Source: Myxococcota bacterium
GTDB lineage: Bacteria; Myxococcota_A; Bradymonadia; UBA4248
Assembly (NCBI GenBank): GCA_045599245.1
Contig: JAZRVP010000136.1
Coordinates: forward strand, 34,555 to 98,554
Direction of reading: 5' to 3'
DNA length: 64,000 nt
Positions 29,837 to 40,400 of the stretch are shown piece by piece (positions within the stretch are counted from its first letter, which is position 1; each line of letters starts with the position of its first letter). The position numbers and the translations under genes were made by a program. The notes below the pieces were generated by a model that had not been told where the DNA came from, made no database searches, and saw only the letters and a program-made list of their open reading frames with translations.

Positions 29837-32800
29837 ATGTCTGTCAGCGATATATTCAAGCGCATATTTGGCACAAGCCACCAGCGCATGATGAGAAAAA
29901 TTCACCCCATCATCGTTCAGATTAACGATATGGAATCACAAATTTCGTCGTTAAGCGATGAAGACCTGAAGGCGCAAACGCCAAAGTTCAAGCAGATGCT
30001 AGAAAATGGAGCATCACTGGACGATATTTTGCCGGAAGCGTTTGCAACGGTTCGAGAAACGGGCAAGCGCGTGTTAAATATGCGCCATTACGACGTTCAG
30101 CTGATAGGTGGTGTTGTTCTTCATCGTGGAATGATCTCGGAAATGAAAACGGGTGAAGGTAAAACCCTCGTTGCAACGACCCCGATGTATTTGAATGCCC
30201 TGTCAGGTAAAGGCGCACACCTCGTGACCGTGAACGACTATCTGGCCTCCCGAGACGCGGACTGGATGGGACAGATTTACAAATTCCTCGGTCTTTCCGT
30301 AGGAAAAATCCTCACAGACATGGACAACAACGAGCGTCGTGATGCCTATAACTGTGACATTACTTACGGAACGAACAACGAATTTGGTTTCGACTACCTT
30401 CGCGACAACATGAAATATCAGCTCTCTGATTATGTTCAGAGAGGCCACAATTATGCGATTGTCGACGAAGTCGACTCAATTTTGATCGATGAAGCGAGAA
30501 CCCCGCTTATCATCTCGGGTCAGATGGAACAGGATCTCAATTTGTACAAAGAGATCAACAAACTGGTTCCGTTCCTGAAACGCGACGAGGATTACACGGT
30601 CGATGAAAAAGCCCAAAGCGTCGCGCTCAACGAAAGCGGTATCGAAAAGCTCGAAAAACACCTGAATATTGAAAACATTTACGAGCCGAAATACATCGAA
30701 TATCTGCACCACGTCAACAAGGCACTTCAGGCGCATACGCTCTACAAACTGGATCAGAACTACGTCATTGAAAACGGCAAGATCGTCATCATTGATGACT
30801 TTACGGGTCGAATGATGCACGGCCGTCGCTGGTCCGATGGTCTGCACCAGGCGATTGAAGCCAAAGAAGGCGTTGAAATTCAGGCCGAGAGCCAGACGCT
30901 TGCGACGATTACGTTCCAGAACTACTTCCGCATGTATGAAAAGCTGGCCGGCATGACGGGTACCGCCGATACGGAAGCCGAAGAGTTCAAGAAGATCTAC
31001 AAACTGGAAGTCGTCAGCATTCCGACGGCCAAGAAGATCATCCGCAAAGACTATCAGGACGTCATTTATTTCAACGAAAAGGCGAAAATAGCGGCGATTG
31101 CAGAACAGATAAAGACGTGTCACGAAAAAGGACAGCCGATTCTTGTCGGTACCGTGAGCGTCGAAAAGAGTGAAGTCTTCAGCAAAGCGATTCAAAGACT
31201 GGGCATCGAACACAACGTCCTGAACGCGAAGAATCACAAACGCGAAGCGGAAATCATCGCTCAGGCCGGCCGAAAAGGCGCGGTAACGATTGCAACAAAC
31301 ATGGCTGGCCGAGGGACGGACATCCTTCTGGGCGGCAATCCGGAATATCTGGCACGTCAGGAAGTCGGAAGCGAATCCGATCCGAGATATGCCGAAAGAC
31401 TCGCCTATTACAAAGAGCTTTGTGCAAAAGAAAAAGTGGAAGTCCAGGATGCAGGAGGCTTGTTTATTCTGGGTACGGAACGCCACGAATCGAGACGTAT
31501 CGACAACCAGCTTCGAGGCCGTGCCGGACGTCAGGGCGACCCGGGCGCAAGCCGTTTCTTCCTGTCCCTTGATGACGATCTGCTTCGCATCTTCGGCGGA
31601 GAAGAACTCAAAAACCGTATGGCGATGTTCGGCATGGAGAAACAGGCTGATATCCCCATCGAAGCAGGCATCGTGTCAAAATCGATCGAAAGAGCTCAAA
31701 AGAACGTCGAAGGCCGCAACTTCGATATTCGTAAGAACCTTCTCGAATATGACGACGTCATGAACTCGCAGAGAAAATCGATCTATGAACTTCGCAGCAA
31801 AGTCCTTGCAGGCGAAAACCTTGAAGACGAAGTTCTGGATGCCTTTGAAGCAATCGTCTATTCACTGGCCGACGAATATATGCCGCCCGAACTGGCGTAT
31901 GAAGACTGGAACATGGACGCAATCGTCAAATCCCTGGACGGCATCTTCGGCTATAAATTTGATATCGATGTTTCCGGAATAGGACGTGCGGATCGCGACG
32001 CAAGAATCTCACTGATTTGGGACAAAATCGAAGCCCATTACAAAGACCAGGTGTCCAAATTTGATGAAATCGCGAAGGCGATGGAAGAAAATCTCGGCGA
32101 CAACAATCCATACAAAGGACAGCACGGCGTCGATTTGCTGATGGAACTGGCGCAGAACTATTACCTTCGCGAAATCGATCACTTCTGGCGCGCGCATTTA
32201 ACGGCAATGACAGGACTGCGAGAATCGATATCTCTCCGAGGCTATGCACAGAAAGACCCGAAACAGGAATACAAACGCGAAGCCTACACGCTGTTTGAAA
32301 AAATGATGCGCAACATCAAGACGCGCATGATGACCCAGGTATGCCGAGTCAAACCGGAAATGCCCGATTTTTCACGACTTGGTGTGAAAAAGCCAGCCGC
32401 ACAGACCAAACCTCAGCAAGCCGTCCAGGCTCCCAAAGCCGATGACAAGCAGGTCAATGAACTCAAAGCCATGGCCGCCGAAACGAAGAAAAAGTCCGGT
32501 TCTCCGTCAATGGCCGAACTCATGGCAATCGCCCAAAAACCAAAACAGGAAGAGAAAAAAGCTGAAACGCCCAAACGACCGCTCTCATTGGCAGAACTGA
32601 TGCCGGTTTCGATTGCCGATGCCGCAAAACTCCAGCGGCAGGAAGCCGAGGCTCCGAAGAAACCCATGTCGATGGCCGATTTGATGCCTTTGTCCCTGAC
32701 GAATGCCATGAACGAGGCAAAAGAAGCACAGCGCCGCATGATGGAACGCATGCAGGAAGAAGCCGAAGAAGCCGAAGAAGCCGAAGAGGAACCCGAGGAA

Positions 32801-33412
32801 GATATCTCGATCACGATGGGCACACCTGCCGCCGAAGCGGAGGTCGAGGACGAAGAATCGGAGGTCGAGGACGAAGAATCGATGGAAACGGCATCGTTTG
32901 AAGATGAGCCATACGTTATTCGCGCCGGCGAATCCGACGACGAAAGCGAGACGGCAAAAGCTGACGACGAAAACGAGACGGCAAAAGCTGACGACGAAAA
33001 CGAGACGGCAAAAGCTGACGACGCAGTAGAGGCAAAAGCTGACGACGCAGTAGAGGCAAAAGCCGATGACGCAACAGAAGCCAACGCCAATGACGCACAA
33101 GCGCCAGCCCCGAAAGAAGAAATGGCAGGCTTCACACTCAATCGTCCGGCCAAAAAAGACGATGATCTGGCTTCCCTCTTTGGCAGCAGCTCCCTTTCCA
33201 ACGGCCTCGATTTAGACGGCCTCGATGATTTCGACGATTTTGCCCCGGCAGGTTCCGATATGGACAAACTGAAATCACCGAGTATGCCGACATTAACCAA
33301 CGATTTGTTGAGCGGCCTTGATGATTCAATGGATTCAGAGACGGATTCGGAAGCCTCATCCACGGAAGAGGACAGCGATCCGTTTGGCATCTTTAAGAAT
33401 TTGGGTCTGTAA
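29837..33412 (+). CDS. secA: Preprotein translocase SecA with a long acidic C-terminal extension (about 1191 aa)
   Basis: MRHYDVQLIGG, EMKTGEGKTL, TVNDYLA, VDEVDSILIDEARTPLIISG, ATNMAGRGTDI, ERHESRRIDNQLRGRAGRQGDPG and YAQKDP motifs; GGAGA RBS; no SEC-C motif. Confidence 0.98.
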   Translation: MSVSDIFKRIFGTSHQRMMRKIHPIIVQINDMESQISSLSDEDLKAQTPKFKQMLENGASLDDILPEAFATVRETGKRVLNMRHYDVQLIGGVVLHRGMISEMKTGEGKTLVATTPMYLNALSGKGAHLVTVNDYLASRDADWMGQIYKFLGLSVGKILTDMDNNERRDAYNCDITYGTNNEFGFDYLRDNMKYQLSDYVQRGHNYAIVDEVDSILIDEARTPLIISGQMEQDLNLYKEINKLVPFLKRDEDYTVDEKAQSVALNESGIEKLEKHLNIENIYEPKYIEYLHHVNKALQAHTLYKLDQNYVIENGKIVIIDDFTGRMMHGRRWSDGLHQAIEAKEGVEIQAESQTLATITFQNYFRMYEKLAGMTGTADTEAEEFKKIYKLEVVSIPTAKKIIRKDYQDVIYFNEKAKIAAIAEQIKTCHEKGQPILVGTVSVEKSEVFSKAIQRLGIEHNVLNAKNHKREAEIIAQAGRKGAVTIATNMAGRGTDILLGGNPEYLARQEVGSESDPRYAERLAYYKELCAKEKVEVQDAGGLFILGTERHESRRIDNQLRGRAGRQGDPGASRFFLSLDDDLLRIFGGEELKNRMAMFGMEKQADIPIEAGIVSKSIERAQKNVEGRNFDIRKNLLEYDDVMNSQRKSIYELRSKVLAGENLEDEVLDAFEAIVYSLADEYMPPELAYEDWNMDAIVKSLDGIFGYKFDIDVSGIGRADRDARISLIWDKIEAHYKDQVSKFDEIAKAMEENLGDNNPYKGQHGVDLLMELAQNYYLREIDHFWRAHLTAMTGLRESISLRGYAQKDPKQEYKREAYTLFEKMMRNIKTRMMTQVCRVKPEMPDFSRLGVKKPAAQTKPQQAVQAPKADDKQVNELKAMAAETKKKSGSPSMAELMAIAQKPKQEEKKAETPKRPLSLAELMPVSIADAAKLQRQEAEAPKKPMSMADLMPLSLTNAMNEAKEAQRRMMERMQEEAEEAEEAEEEPEEDISITMGTPAAEAEVEDEESEVEDEESMETASFEDEPYVIRAGESDDESETAKADDENETAKADDENETAKADDAVEAKADDAVEAKADDATEANANDAQAPAPKEEMAGFTLNRPAKKDDDLASLFGSSSLSNGLDLDGLDDFDDFAPAGSDMDKLKSPSMPTLTNDLLSGLDDSMDSETDSEASSTEEDSDPFGIFKNLGL
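32936..33082 (+). repeat. Coding tandem repeats in the SecA tail
   Basis: 27-bp GACGACGAAA(A/G)CGAGACGGCAAAAGCT x3, then 24-bp GACGACGCAGTAGAGGCAAAAGC(T/C) x2 plus a degenerate copy. Confidence 0.9.
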
Positions 33413-33420
33413 TAAAGGGT

Positions 33421-33634
33421 GCGCGCCTATGCGCCGTCGGCGCATACGGTGCGCGAAATGCCGGGCTATCGGCTCTCGCCAATACGCCCGGCAAAACAGT
33501 TTTTGGGCCGTTTCATAAAACGGCATACCGCCCCCGAGCGGTTCTCATTCTGCACACGATATTGCGGCTGCGTATTGAGCTTTGCGAAATAGCGGCCGCG
33601 CGAAGTCGTATGGGCACCGCAAGTGCCCATAGAC
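33421..33634. repeat. Three bulged-hairpin copies between secA and dapF
   Basis: 33421-33454, 33461-33491 (CCGGGCTATC...AATA(C)GCCCGG) and 33605-33634 (GTC(G)TATGGGCAC...GTGCCCATAGAC). Confidence 0.75.
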
Positions 33635-33648
33635 GAAGCCCCCATATA

Positions 33649-34482
33649 TTAAAAGAAACGGTCGGAAATTTTGCCTTCAAAAACATGAGAAGCCGGTCCC
33701 CGAAGCTTGACATGCTTGAGATCATCGGGAACAGTCACGGAAAGAACGCCGCCCGGCGCATGAATTTCAATGGTCTGATTGAGCAGATTGTGATCGAAAG
33801 CATAGGCAACAGCAGCCGCAGTACAGCCCGTTCCACAGGCCAGAGTCGGCCCGACGCCACGTTCATAAACCGTCAGATCGATCGCGCTTTCAGAAACGGG
33901 ATGAATGAACTCGATATTGCTTCGATCGGGAAACGTGGGGTGATTTGAAAGAAACTGGCCGGCCGAATCGAGGGCATCAAGCGGTGAATCGACTTCAAAA
34001 ACGGCATGAGGATTTCCAACATTGACGATTTGACCGACCCATTTCTGCTTTTTTTGCATGATAGTGACGCGATCCTGGCGTTCGACATGAGCCATTTCGA
34101 CTTCGAGCTGCCAGGCATCCCCATTTGAACGAATGCACTGAACGATCTGCGTTCCCCCCTGCGTGCCAATGCGAAGAGGCATCTTTTTGTCAAAACCATA
34201 AAACTCATAGAGATAACGCGCAGCACAACGAATTCCGTTCCCGCACATTGCAGCAATCGAACCATCGGCATTGATGATGTTCATGGCGGAATCCATTTCG
34301 TCATCATGATTGATGGTTCGCGTGATAACGAGGACGCCGTCGGCCCCGATTCCTTTATGCCGGTCGCATAAATCCCTGGCAATCAAAGCACAAGACCGGA
34401 CAAGAGAATCATCATGACGAGCATCAATGAGAATGAAGTCGTTCCCGGCAGCTTCGTATTTTTGAAATTTGAGAGAGGCCAT
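33649..34482 (-). CDS. dapF: Diaminopimelate epimerase (about 277 aa)
   Basis: KY...GNDF, CDRHKGIGADG, NADGS..AMCGNGIRC, VGNPH, NIEF and ERGVGPTLACGTG motifs. Confidence 0.96.
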   Translation of the reverse strand: MASLKFQKYEAAGNDFILIDARHDDSLVRSCALIARDLCDRHKGIGADGVLVITRTINHDDEMDSAMNIINADGSIAAMCGNGIRCAARYLYEFYGFDKKMPLRIGTQGGTQIVQCIRSNGDAWQLEVEMAHVERQDRVTIMQKKQKWVGQIVNVGNPHAVFEVDSPLDALDSAGQFLSNHPTFPDRSNIEFIHPVSESAIDLTVYERGVGPTLACGTGCTAAAVAYAFDHNLLNQTIEIHAPGGVLSVTVPDDLKHVKLRGPASHVFEGKISDRFF

Positions 34483-34608
34483 TAAATTCACCTTATGAAA
34501 ACAGCCATTCGGGCGGCACGATTCAGAAGCGAGCAAACAACCAACCCGCAATACTTATCAAAATGAATGCATATTTATCATTTATTATCCACACAATAAA
34601 TATATTTA

Positions 34609-34726
34609 GGTTACTACCTTGTTCCCCGCCGGGGCCCCACCCGGTTCTTTTCTGTTTCTGCCTTATCATTGCGTAATAATTCGATTTTTGCAATCTCTGC
34701 CTATACTTCAGTAGATTTGTGAATTG
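34609..34726 (-). mobile_element. Modular MITE-like element, copy D (118 bp, internally deleted)
   Basis: Reverse complement reads AATTCACAAATCTACTGAAG...CGAATTATTACGCAATGATAAGGCAG...CCCCGGCGGGGAACAAGG joined directly to TAGTAACC. Confidence 0.6.
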
Positions 34727-34868
34727 CCCCAAGCCGAGTCGTAACCAAGACGGAGTATATACACCTACATTTTAGTGCTCGAATGTGATAAATGAAGAGA
34801 ATCGCCGCATGATCCAATCGTCGTTCGGATCGGCAAAACATCTTGGAAAGCAGCCAAGGGGTCTGGGA

Positions 34869-35792
34869 ATGAAGGACTTTCTCGTACGCATACTGACGAG
34901 TGAACGATTTATCGTTTTCGTCATTCTGGTCAATGCCATCGTCATTTTTTTGCAGGAAAGCGGCCTCAATGTTTTTGTCGTAAATCTGATCGATGTGATC
35001 TGCACATTTATTTTCCTGATAGAAATGATCGTGAAGCACATCCATCTCGGCGTGAAAGAGTACTGGAAATCAAAACTCAACTGCATGGACGGAATTCTGG
35101 TGCTGATATCGCTGCCATCGGTATTGACATTTTTCTGGCCGGACAGCGTCGTCAATCTTTCATTCCTGTTGGTACTCCGTGTTCTGAGAATTTTCAGATT
35201 TTTCAGGCTGGTGAGTTTTTTCCCGTATTTCACGACGATTGTTGCGAATTTCAAGCTGGCCCTACGGCAATCAAATGCCGTTTTGCTCTGTTTTTTTATA
35301 CTCATCATCACGGTTGCATTGATAGGATGCTGCATATTTAAAGAAATTGCGCCGGAGTATTTTGCGACCCCCCTGGACTCGATTTATTCGACCTTTAGGC
35401 TGTTCACCGTGGAAGGCTGGTACGATATTCCGGATGCCGTAGCACGCGGCATGAGCAACCCGTTTTGGGCACATGTCGTTCGATTTTATTTCTGCTTTTT
35501 ATTACTGGTCGGAGGAATAATCGGGATGTCTCTCATCAACTCGATATTTGTCGATGCGATGGTGAGCGACAACAACGATGAACTCAAGTCGCAGCTTGAT
35601 ACGGTAGAAGCCAAGCTCAATGAACTCATCAAAGCACAGGAAAAACAGACGCCTGAAACCGAAGACATCGCACCGTTGCCGGTCGAAACGATGAGTGAAG
35701 ATGAGCTTCGTGCCCAGATTGAAGCCTTAAGCAGCAGGCTCGATACGCTCAAACAAACACTTGAAGCCCGGCAAGACCAGGAACAAGGTTAA
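34869..35792 (+). CDS. Voltage-gated cation channel, 6TM Ion_trans family (NaChBac/CavAb-like)
   Basis: S4 RVLRIFRFFR with Arg every third residue; pore FRLFTVEGWYDIP; S6 followed by a coiled coil. The start at MKDFL is inferred. Confidence 0.9.
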   Translation: MKDFLVRILTSERFIVFVILVNAIVIFLQESGLNVFVVNLIDVICTFIFLIEMIVKHIHLGVKEYWKSKLNCMDGILVLISLPSVLTFFWPDSVVNLSFLLVLRVLRIFRFFRLVSFFPYFTTIVANFKLALRQSNAVLLCFFILIITVALIGCCIFKEIAPEYFATPLDSIYSTFRLFTVEGWYDIPDAVARGMSNPFWAHVVRFYFCFLLLVGGIIGMSLINSIFVDAMVSDNNDELKSQLDTVEAKLNELIKAQEKQTPETEDIAPLPVETMSEDELRAQIEALSSRLDTLKQTLEARQDQEQG

Positions 35793-35917
35793 GATATTGA
35801 TGAATGGCCGACCAACAAATAACGCGCGACCTCTCAAAACGGCTATACAACCGATGGTAGAAGAATGATATGACGGCTTGAGAAAGCTCTGAAGGCGTTC
35901 AGAACCGAGTTCATGCG

Positions 35918-36709
35918 ATGAAAGAATTTGATGAAATCACCCAGACCATAAGCACATTCGATCCAATCACACTGGAAGAGATGAAAGCGGTTCGCATGAT
36001 GAATCGAACGGACACGAAATACGTCGTTCCCATCAGGTCACTGGTTGAACTTTTGAAGCTTGCGGTGCAGGATTACCGCATCCAGGAAGTCGATGGGGAA
36101 CGAAACATCGCTTATCACACGGTGTATTACGACACGCCTGATCAAAAGATGTACATTGCACATCAAAACGGGAAGAAAACGCGCGAGAAGATTCGCCTGA
36201 GAACGTATGTATCATCGGGACTTTCATTCTTTGAGATAAAAAATAAAAACAACAAAGGAAGAACAGACAAAAAGCGCATTCAAATAGAAGAAGAGAAAGA
36301 TTTTCTTCTTCAGCCGGAAACGCAAAAGTTTTTGTCCAAACACGCGATGTATTCACCGGAAGAGCTATCGGCACAGCTCGAGAACTTTTTCAAACGCATT
36401 ACGCTGGTCAATCGCGGAATGACGGAACGCCTGACGATCGATACGGATCTTCGATTTCGCAACCTTCTCAATGATAGAAAAAGTGCTCTGCCCGGCGTCG
36501 CAATCATAGAACTCAAGCGCAATGGCCGAACGCCGTCGCCGATGTATGCCCAATTGATACGAATGCACATTCACACATCAGGATTTAGCAAATATTGTAT
36601 GGGATATGCCCTGACGGATCCGAAGCTCAAGCAGAATCGGTTCAAAGAACGCGTCCGTTGGGTCACCAAAATCAATGCCCAGGCTGACGAAGACCAGCCT
36701 GAAACGTAA
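35918..36709 (+). CDS. VTC-domain (polyphosphate polymerase-like, CYTH fold) protein (263 aa)
   Basis: MMNRTDTKY, TVYYDTP, REKIRLRTY, FFEIKNK, RITLVN, ERLTIDTDLRF, IIELK and FSKYCMG motifs. Confidence 0.88.
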   Translation: MKEFDEITQTISTFDPITLEEMKAVRMMNRTDTKYVVPIRSLVELLKLAVQDYRIQEVDGERNIAYHTVYYDTPDQKMYIAHQNGKKTREKIRLRTYVSSGLSFFEIKNKNNKGRTDKKRIQIEEEKDFLLQPETQKFLSKHAMYSPEELSAQLENFFKRITLVNRGMTERLTIDTDLRFRNLLNDRKSALPGVAIIELKRNGRTPSPMYAQLIRMHIHTSGFSKYCMGYALTDPKLKQNRFKERVRWVTKINAQADEDQPET

Positions 36710-36722
36710 CGGAACAGAAGCG

Positions 36723-37358
36723 ATGGACCAAATCATTCAGCTGCTCATTAGTTTTGGAATCAACCTTGCGGTTGTATTTGTCATTATACAGCTCTTGTAT
36801 TATCCGAAGAGTCATCGCAAGGACTATTGTTTTACTTTTTTCCTGATGAGCGTAAGCATCTTTCTGCTGATATTTGTATTAAATGACGTGAACATGAAAA
36901 CGGGATTTGCCCTGGGTCTGTTTGCGATATTCAGCATTATGAGATATCGAACGGATGCGATGCCGGTTCGAGAAATGACTTATTTGTTCCTGATCATAGC
37001 GATATCTGTCGTGAACGCGATGATAGGGGAATTAAATCCATACGTGATTGGCGGGGCAAATATTCTGTTAATCGCGAGCATATTCGGCACGGAACTGTTG
37101 AGAGGCCGCAGTCATGAGATGACGAAGCTTGTTCAATACGATCGGATTGATTTGATCGTACCGGACAAACGCGAAGAAATGATAGAAGATCTGACCAAAC
37201 GAACCGGCCTGAAGATCAAAAATGTCGAAATCGGTCACATCGATTTTTTGAAAGATTCGGCGATGTTGAAAGTCTATTATGAAGGCGAAAAAGGAGAAAC
37301 AAATTCAGTCAATCACGTCGTAAAGTTTCCCAAAGGAGACAACGGGGATGATGATTGA
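36723..37358 (+). CDS. DUF4956-family membrane protein (about 211 aa)
   Basis: GFALGLFAIFSIMRYRTDAMPVREMTYLF signature; canonical partner of VTC genes. Confidence 0.9.
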   Translation: MDQIIQLLISFGINLAVVFVIIQLLYYPKSHRKDYCFTFFLMSVSIFLLIFVLNDVNMKTGFALGLFAIFSIMRYRTDAMPVREMTYLFLIIAISVVNAMIGELNPYVIGGANILLIASIFGTELLRGRSHEMTKLVQYDRIDLIVPDKREEMIEDLTKRTGLKIKNVEIGHIDFLKDSAMLKVYYEGEKGETNSVNHVVKFPKGDNGDDD

Positions 37359-37463
37359 TGTGAATGGCGATTAATTTCTTGCTTTTACAGGATATGAACA
37401 AAAGATTTTGATAGAGTGAGATGAGTTGTTTGTGCGCCCTGATGAATAAACTTGGGAGAAAAC

Positions 37464-40400
37464 ATGTTAAAACGAACGATAATGATGTTGATGTGTTGCT
37501 GTGCGGCGGCGCCATTTTTGATGAGCTGTTCGGAAGAGTCAAATGACGGGAAAAAAGAAGAATGTCCCGCGACATGTCCCAAGGGGTGCAAGGAAGACGG
37601 TGTAACATGCAAGGAAGAGGTCAAACCTGAATGTCCCGAAAGTTGCACCAACGGGTGCAAAGAGGACGGCACAACGTGCAAAGAAGAGGTCAAACCTGAA
37701 TGTCCCGAAACCTGCACCAACGGGTGTGAAGAAGACGGTGTGACCTGTCGTGAAGCGAAGCCCACGTGTCCTGAAACCTGCACCAATGGCTGTGAAGCGG
37801 ATGGCGTAACCTGTCGAGAGGTGAAACAAAAGTGCCCGGCCGAGTGCCCGAAAGGGACGAAATGCAACTATGAAAAAGGGGAATGTGAAACCATCCCGAT
37901 GTTCAGCTGTCCGTCCAAATGTCCGGACGATGCATACTGCGACGAGACGACGAGCAACCAGTGCATGAAAAAAGTCGCGGAAGAAACGTGTCCTGTATGT
38001 CCGGACGGAAGCCTTTGCGATGACACAACGGCGGGAAAATGTGTTCAGGATGGAAAGAGCATTTGTCCGAAATGTTCCGAAGGAAGCCGGTGTGACGAAA
38101 CAAAAGGCAGATGCGTCACAGCCGGTGGCGATGATGCATGTCCGGAGTGTGCCGTCGGAATATGTGATGAAACGAAACACGTCTGCGTGATGGACTCGCA
38201 GGAACAGGTTTGTCCCAAATGTGCCTCCGGGAGCTACTGCAACGAAACGACGATGGGACACTGTGTCCAGGACAGCAATCCGAACCTTCCAGGATGTCCG
38301 GCGTGCCCACAGGGCGCATACTGTGACGACACGACAAACGGCCTGTGCCGCAACAAGGGTTATGTCGAGCCGGAAATTCATGAATGCGAACCTGGAGAGC
38401 TCAGATGCTACCGGGATGTTTTGCAGAAATGCAGTGATTCATTTGTATTTGTCGATGAAGAAAACTGTGCCGCGCACAATGAAGAAGAAGGCGCAGACAT
38501 GAAAGCCTGTTTTGCAAACAGCAAGGGCAAAATTGGCTGCCATATCACGGAGTGCACACCGGGAACGTCGAAATGCAAGAGCAATGAAATTCAGTATTGT
38601 GACGAATTTCATCAGTATCAGCTCGGTGAAAACTGCTTGAGCAAGGAAGAGACGCCGATATGTGAAACGGCGGGCAATGCAGCCAGCTGTGTTGCAAAAT
38701 GCGAAAATGGAACATCGAAATGCGTCGGAAAAACCATCATGGCGTGCAATGAAAGCGGCCTGTTCAAACTGAGCAAAACCTGCAAAGCAACGCAGGACTG
38801 CGTTCAGACGGATGAAAGTGCAAGCTGTGTCGATCACGAATGCAAAGCAAATGAATCGAAATGCGAAGGAAGCGTCCTGTATACATGCAGCAACGGCTGG
38901 TGGAAAGCCGGTACGAACTGCGAAGTAATTGGCGAACTGTGCATACAAAACGAAAAGACAGCGTCCTGTGTCGAAAGAAAATGTGAAGAAAACAAAAAAA
39001 CGTGTGACGGCATTTATCTCAGGACGTGTGAAAAGAACGCGCTGGTGAACACATCCTGCAAAAGCCTGGGCAGCGATTATCAGTGCATCGAAAAAGTCGC
39101 CGGCCAGGCTGAATGCAAAGAAGTCATCGTTTTCAACCTCGGGATGTCCGACAAAGACAACGATTCGATCGCGGACTGGATCGAATGCAACTATGAAGAA
39201 GAAACCAAAGACGAAGACATCGATTATTCGAAATGCGATGCGATCGACACGGACGGAGACACGACTCCGGATTATTTGGATGAAGACAGTGATGGAGACA
39301 CTATTCCGGACAGCGAGGAAGCGAATAATGATCGAGGACGCTACGAGCCGGATGATGCCGACTATGACGAGATTCCGAACTATCGCGATTTAGACAGCGA
39401 CAACAACGGAATTCCGGACAAAGACGAATATCAGAACGGCAGAGACCTGGATAATAACGGAACACCGGATTACCTGGACTATGATAACGACGGGGATGGC
39501 TTTAGCGATGCCGAAGAAATACATGGTATTATTGTGACCAAACCGGCACCGCCAGAAGGGCATTTTTCGGGCTCATGTGATGGGCGCAATCTGATTGGAG
39601 ATGCGTCAAATCCGGTGGACTGTGACGGAGACACGACGCCGGACTACAATGATCCGGACAGCGACGGGGACGGCCTTCCTGACCGGATCGAAGGCATGAT
39701 TCGTCTCGCCTCGAACGGCTTTTTAGCGCGTTACAGCAAGGATATCGATGGCGACGGGATCGATGACAAGACGGAATGCGGTGTCGATATTGAGAGCGAG
39801 AACCTCTCTCTGTCAAGCTGCCTCGATTCGGACTGTTACAATACCAAGGACGAAAACGGCTGTTATGTGTATGGGTATAATTCGGCGTCCTGCGACGGCA
39901 TCCCGGATATGCTGGAAAAAGACAGCGACGGAGACGGCCTGACGGATGCGTTTGAAAGAAAATGGCTCTCGGATGCGACAAAAACAGATACAGACGGGGA
40001 CTGTGTGACAGACCTCATCGAGTATGGTGCACAGACCGATCCAACGAATCCCAAAGACAATCCACAGACAAAAGGCAATTTTGTATTTGTCGTCCCCTAT
40101 CTCGAAGCGTCATCCCCGAAGAAACAGTCCCTGAGTTTTGAAACATCGGTTCAGGCAATGGATCTGTTCTTTATCTTTGACTACACGGGATCGATGGGGG
40201 ATGAAATTGCCTCTCTGGCAACGGGGCTGAACAAGATACTGGATACACTTCAGTGCAAGGATTACAACCGGGAATGTCTGGACAACAGCGACTGTAATGA
40301 CATTGAGAACGCGATATGTTCGGAATCTGGTCGATGTATTCAGAGTCCGAGTTTTGGAGATGGCTGCATTGACAAGATGCAGTCGGGGATAGGCTTCTAT

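Noticed and set aside
34585-34593. Perfect DnaA box TTATCCACA upstream of dapF (possible oriC)
   Set aside because: It is a single box with no cluster, no DUE and no dnaA/dnaN nearby, so chance occurrence is plausible.
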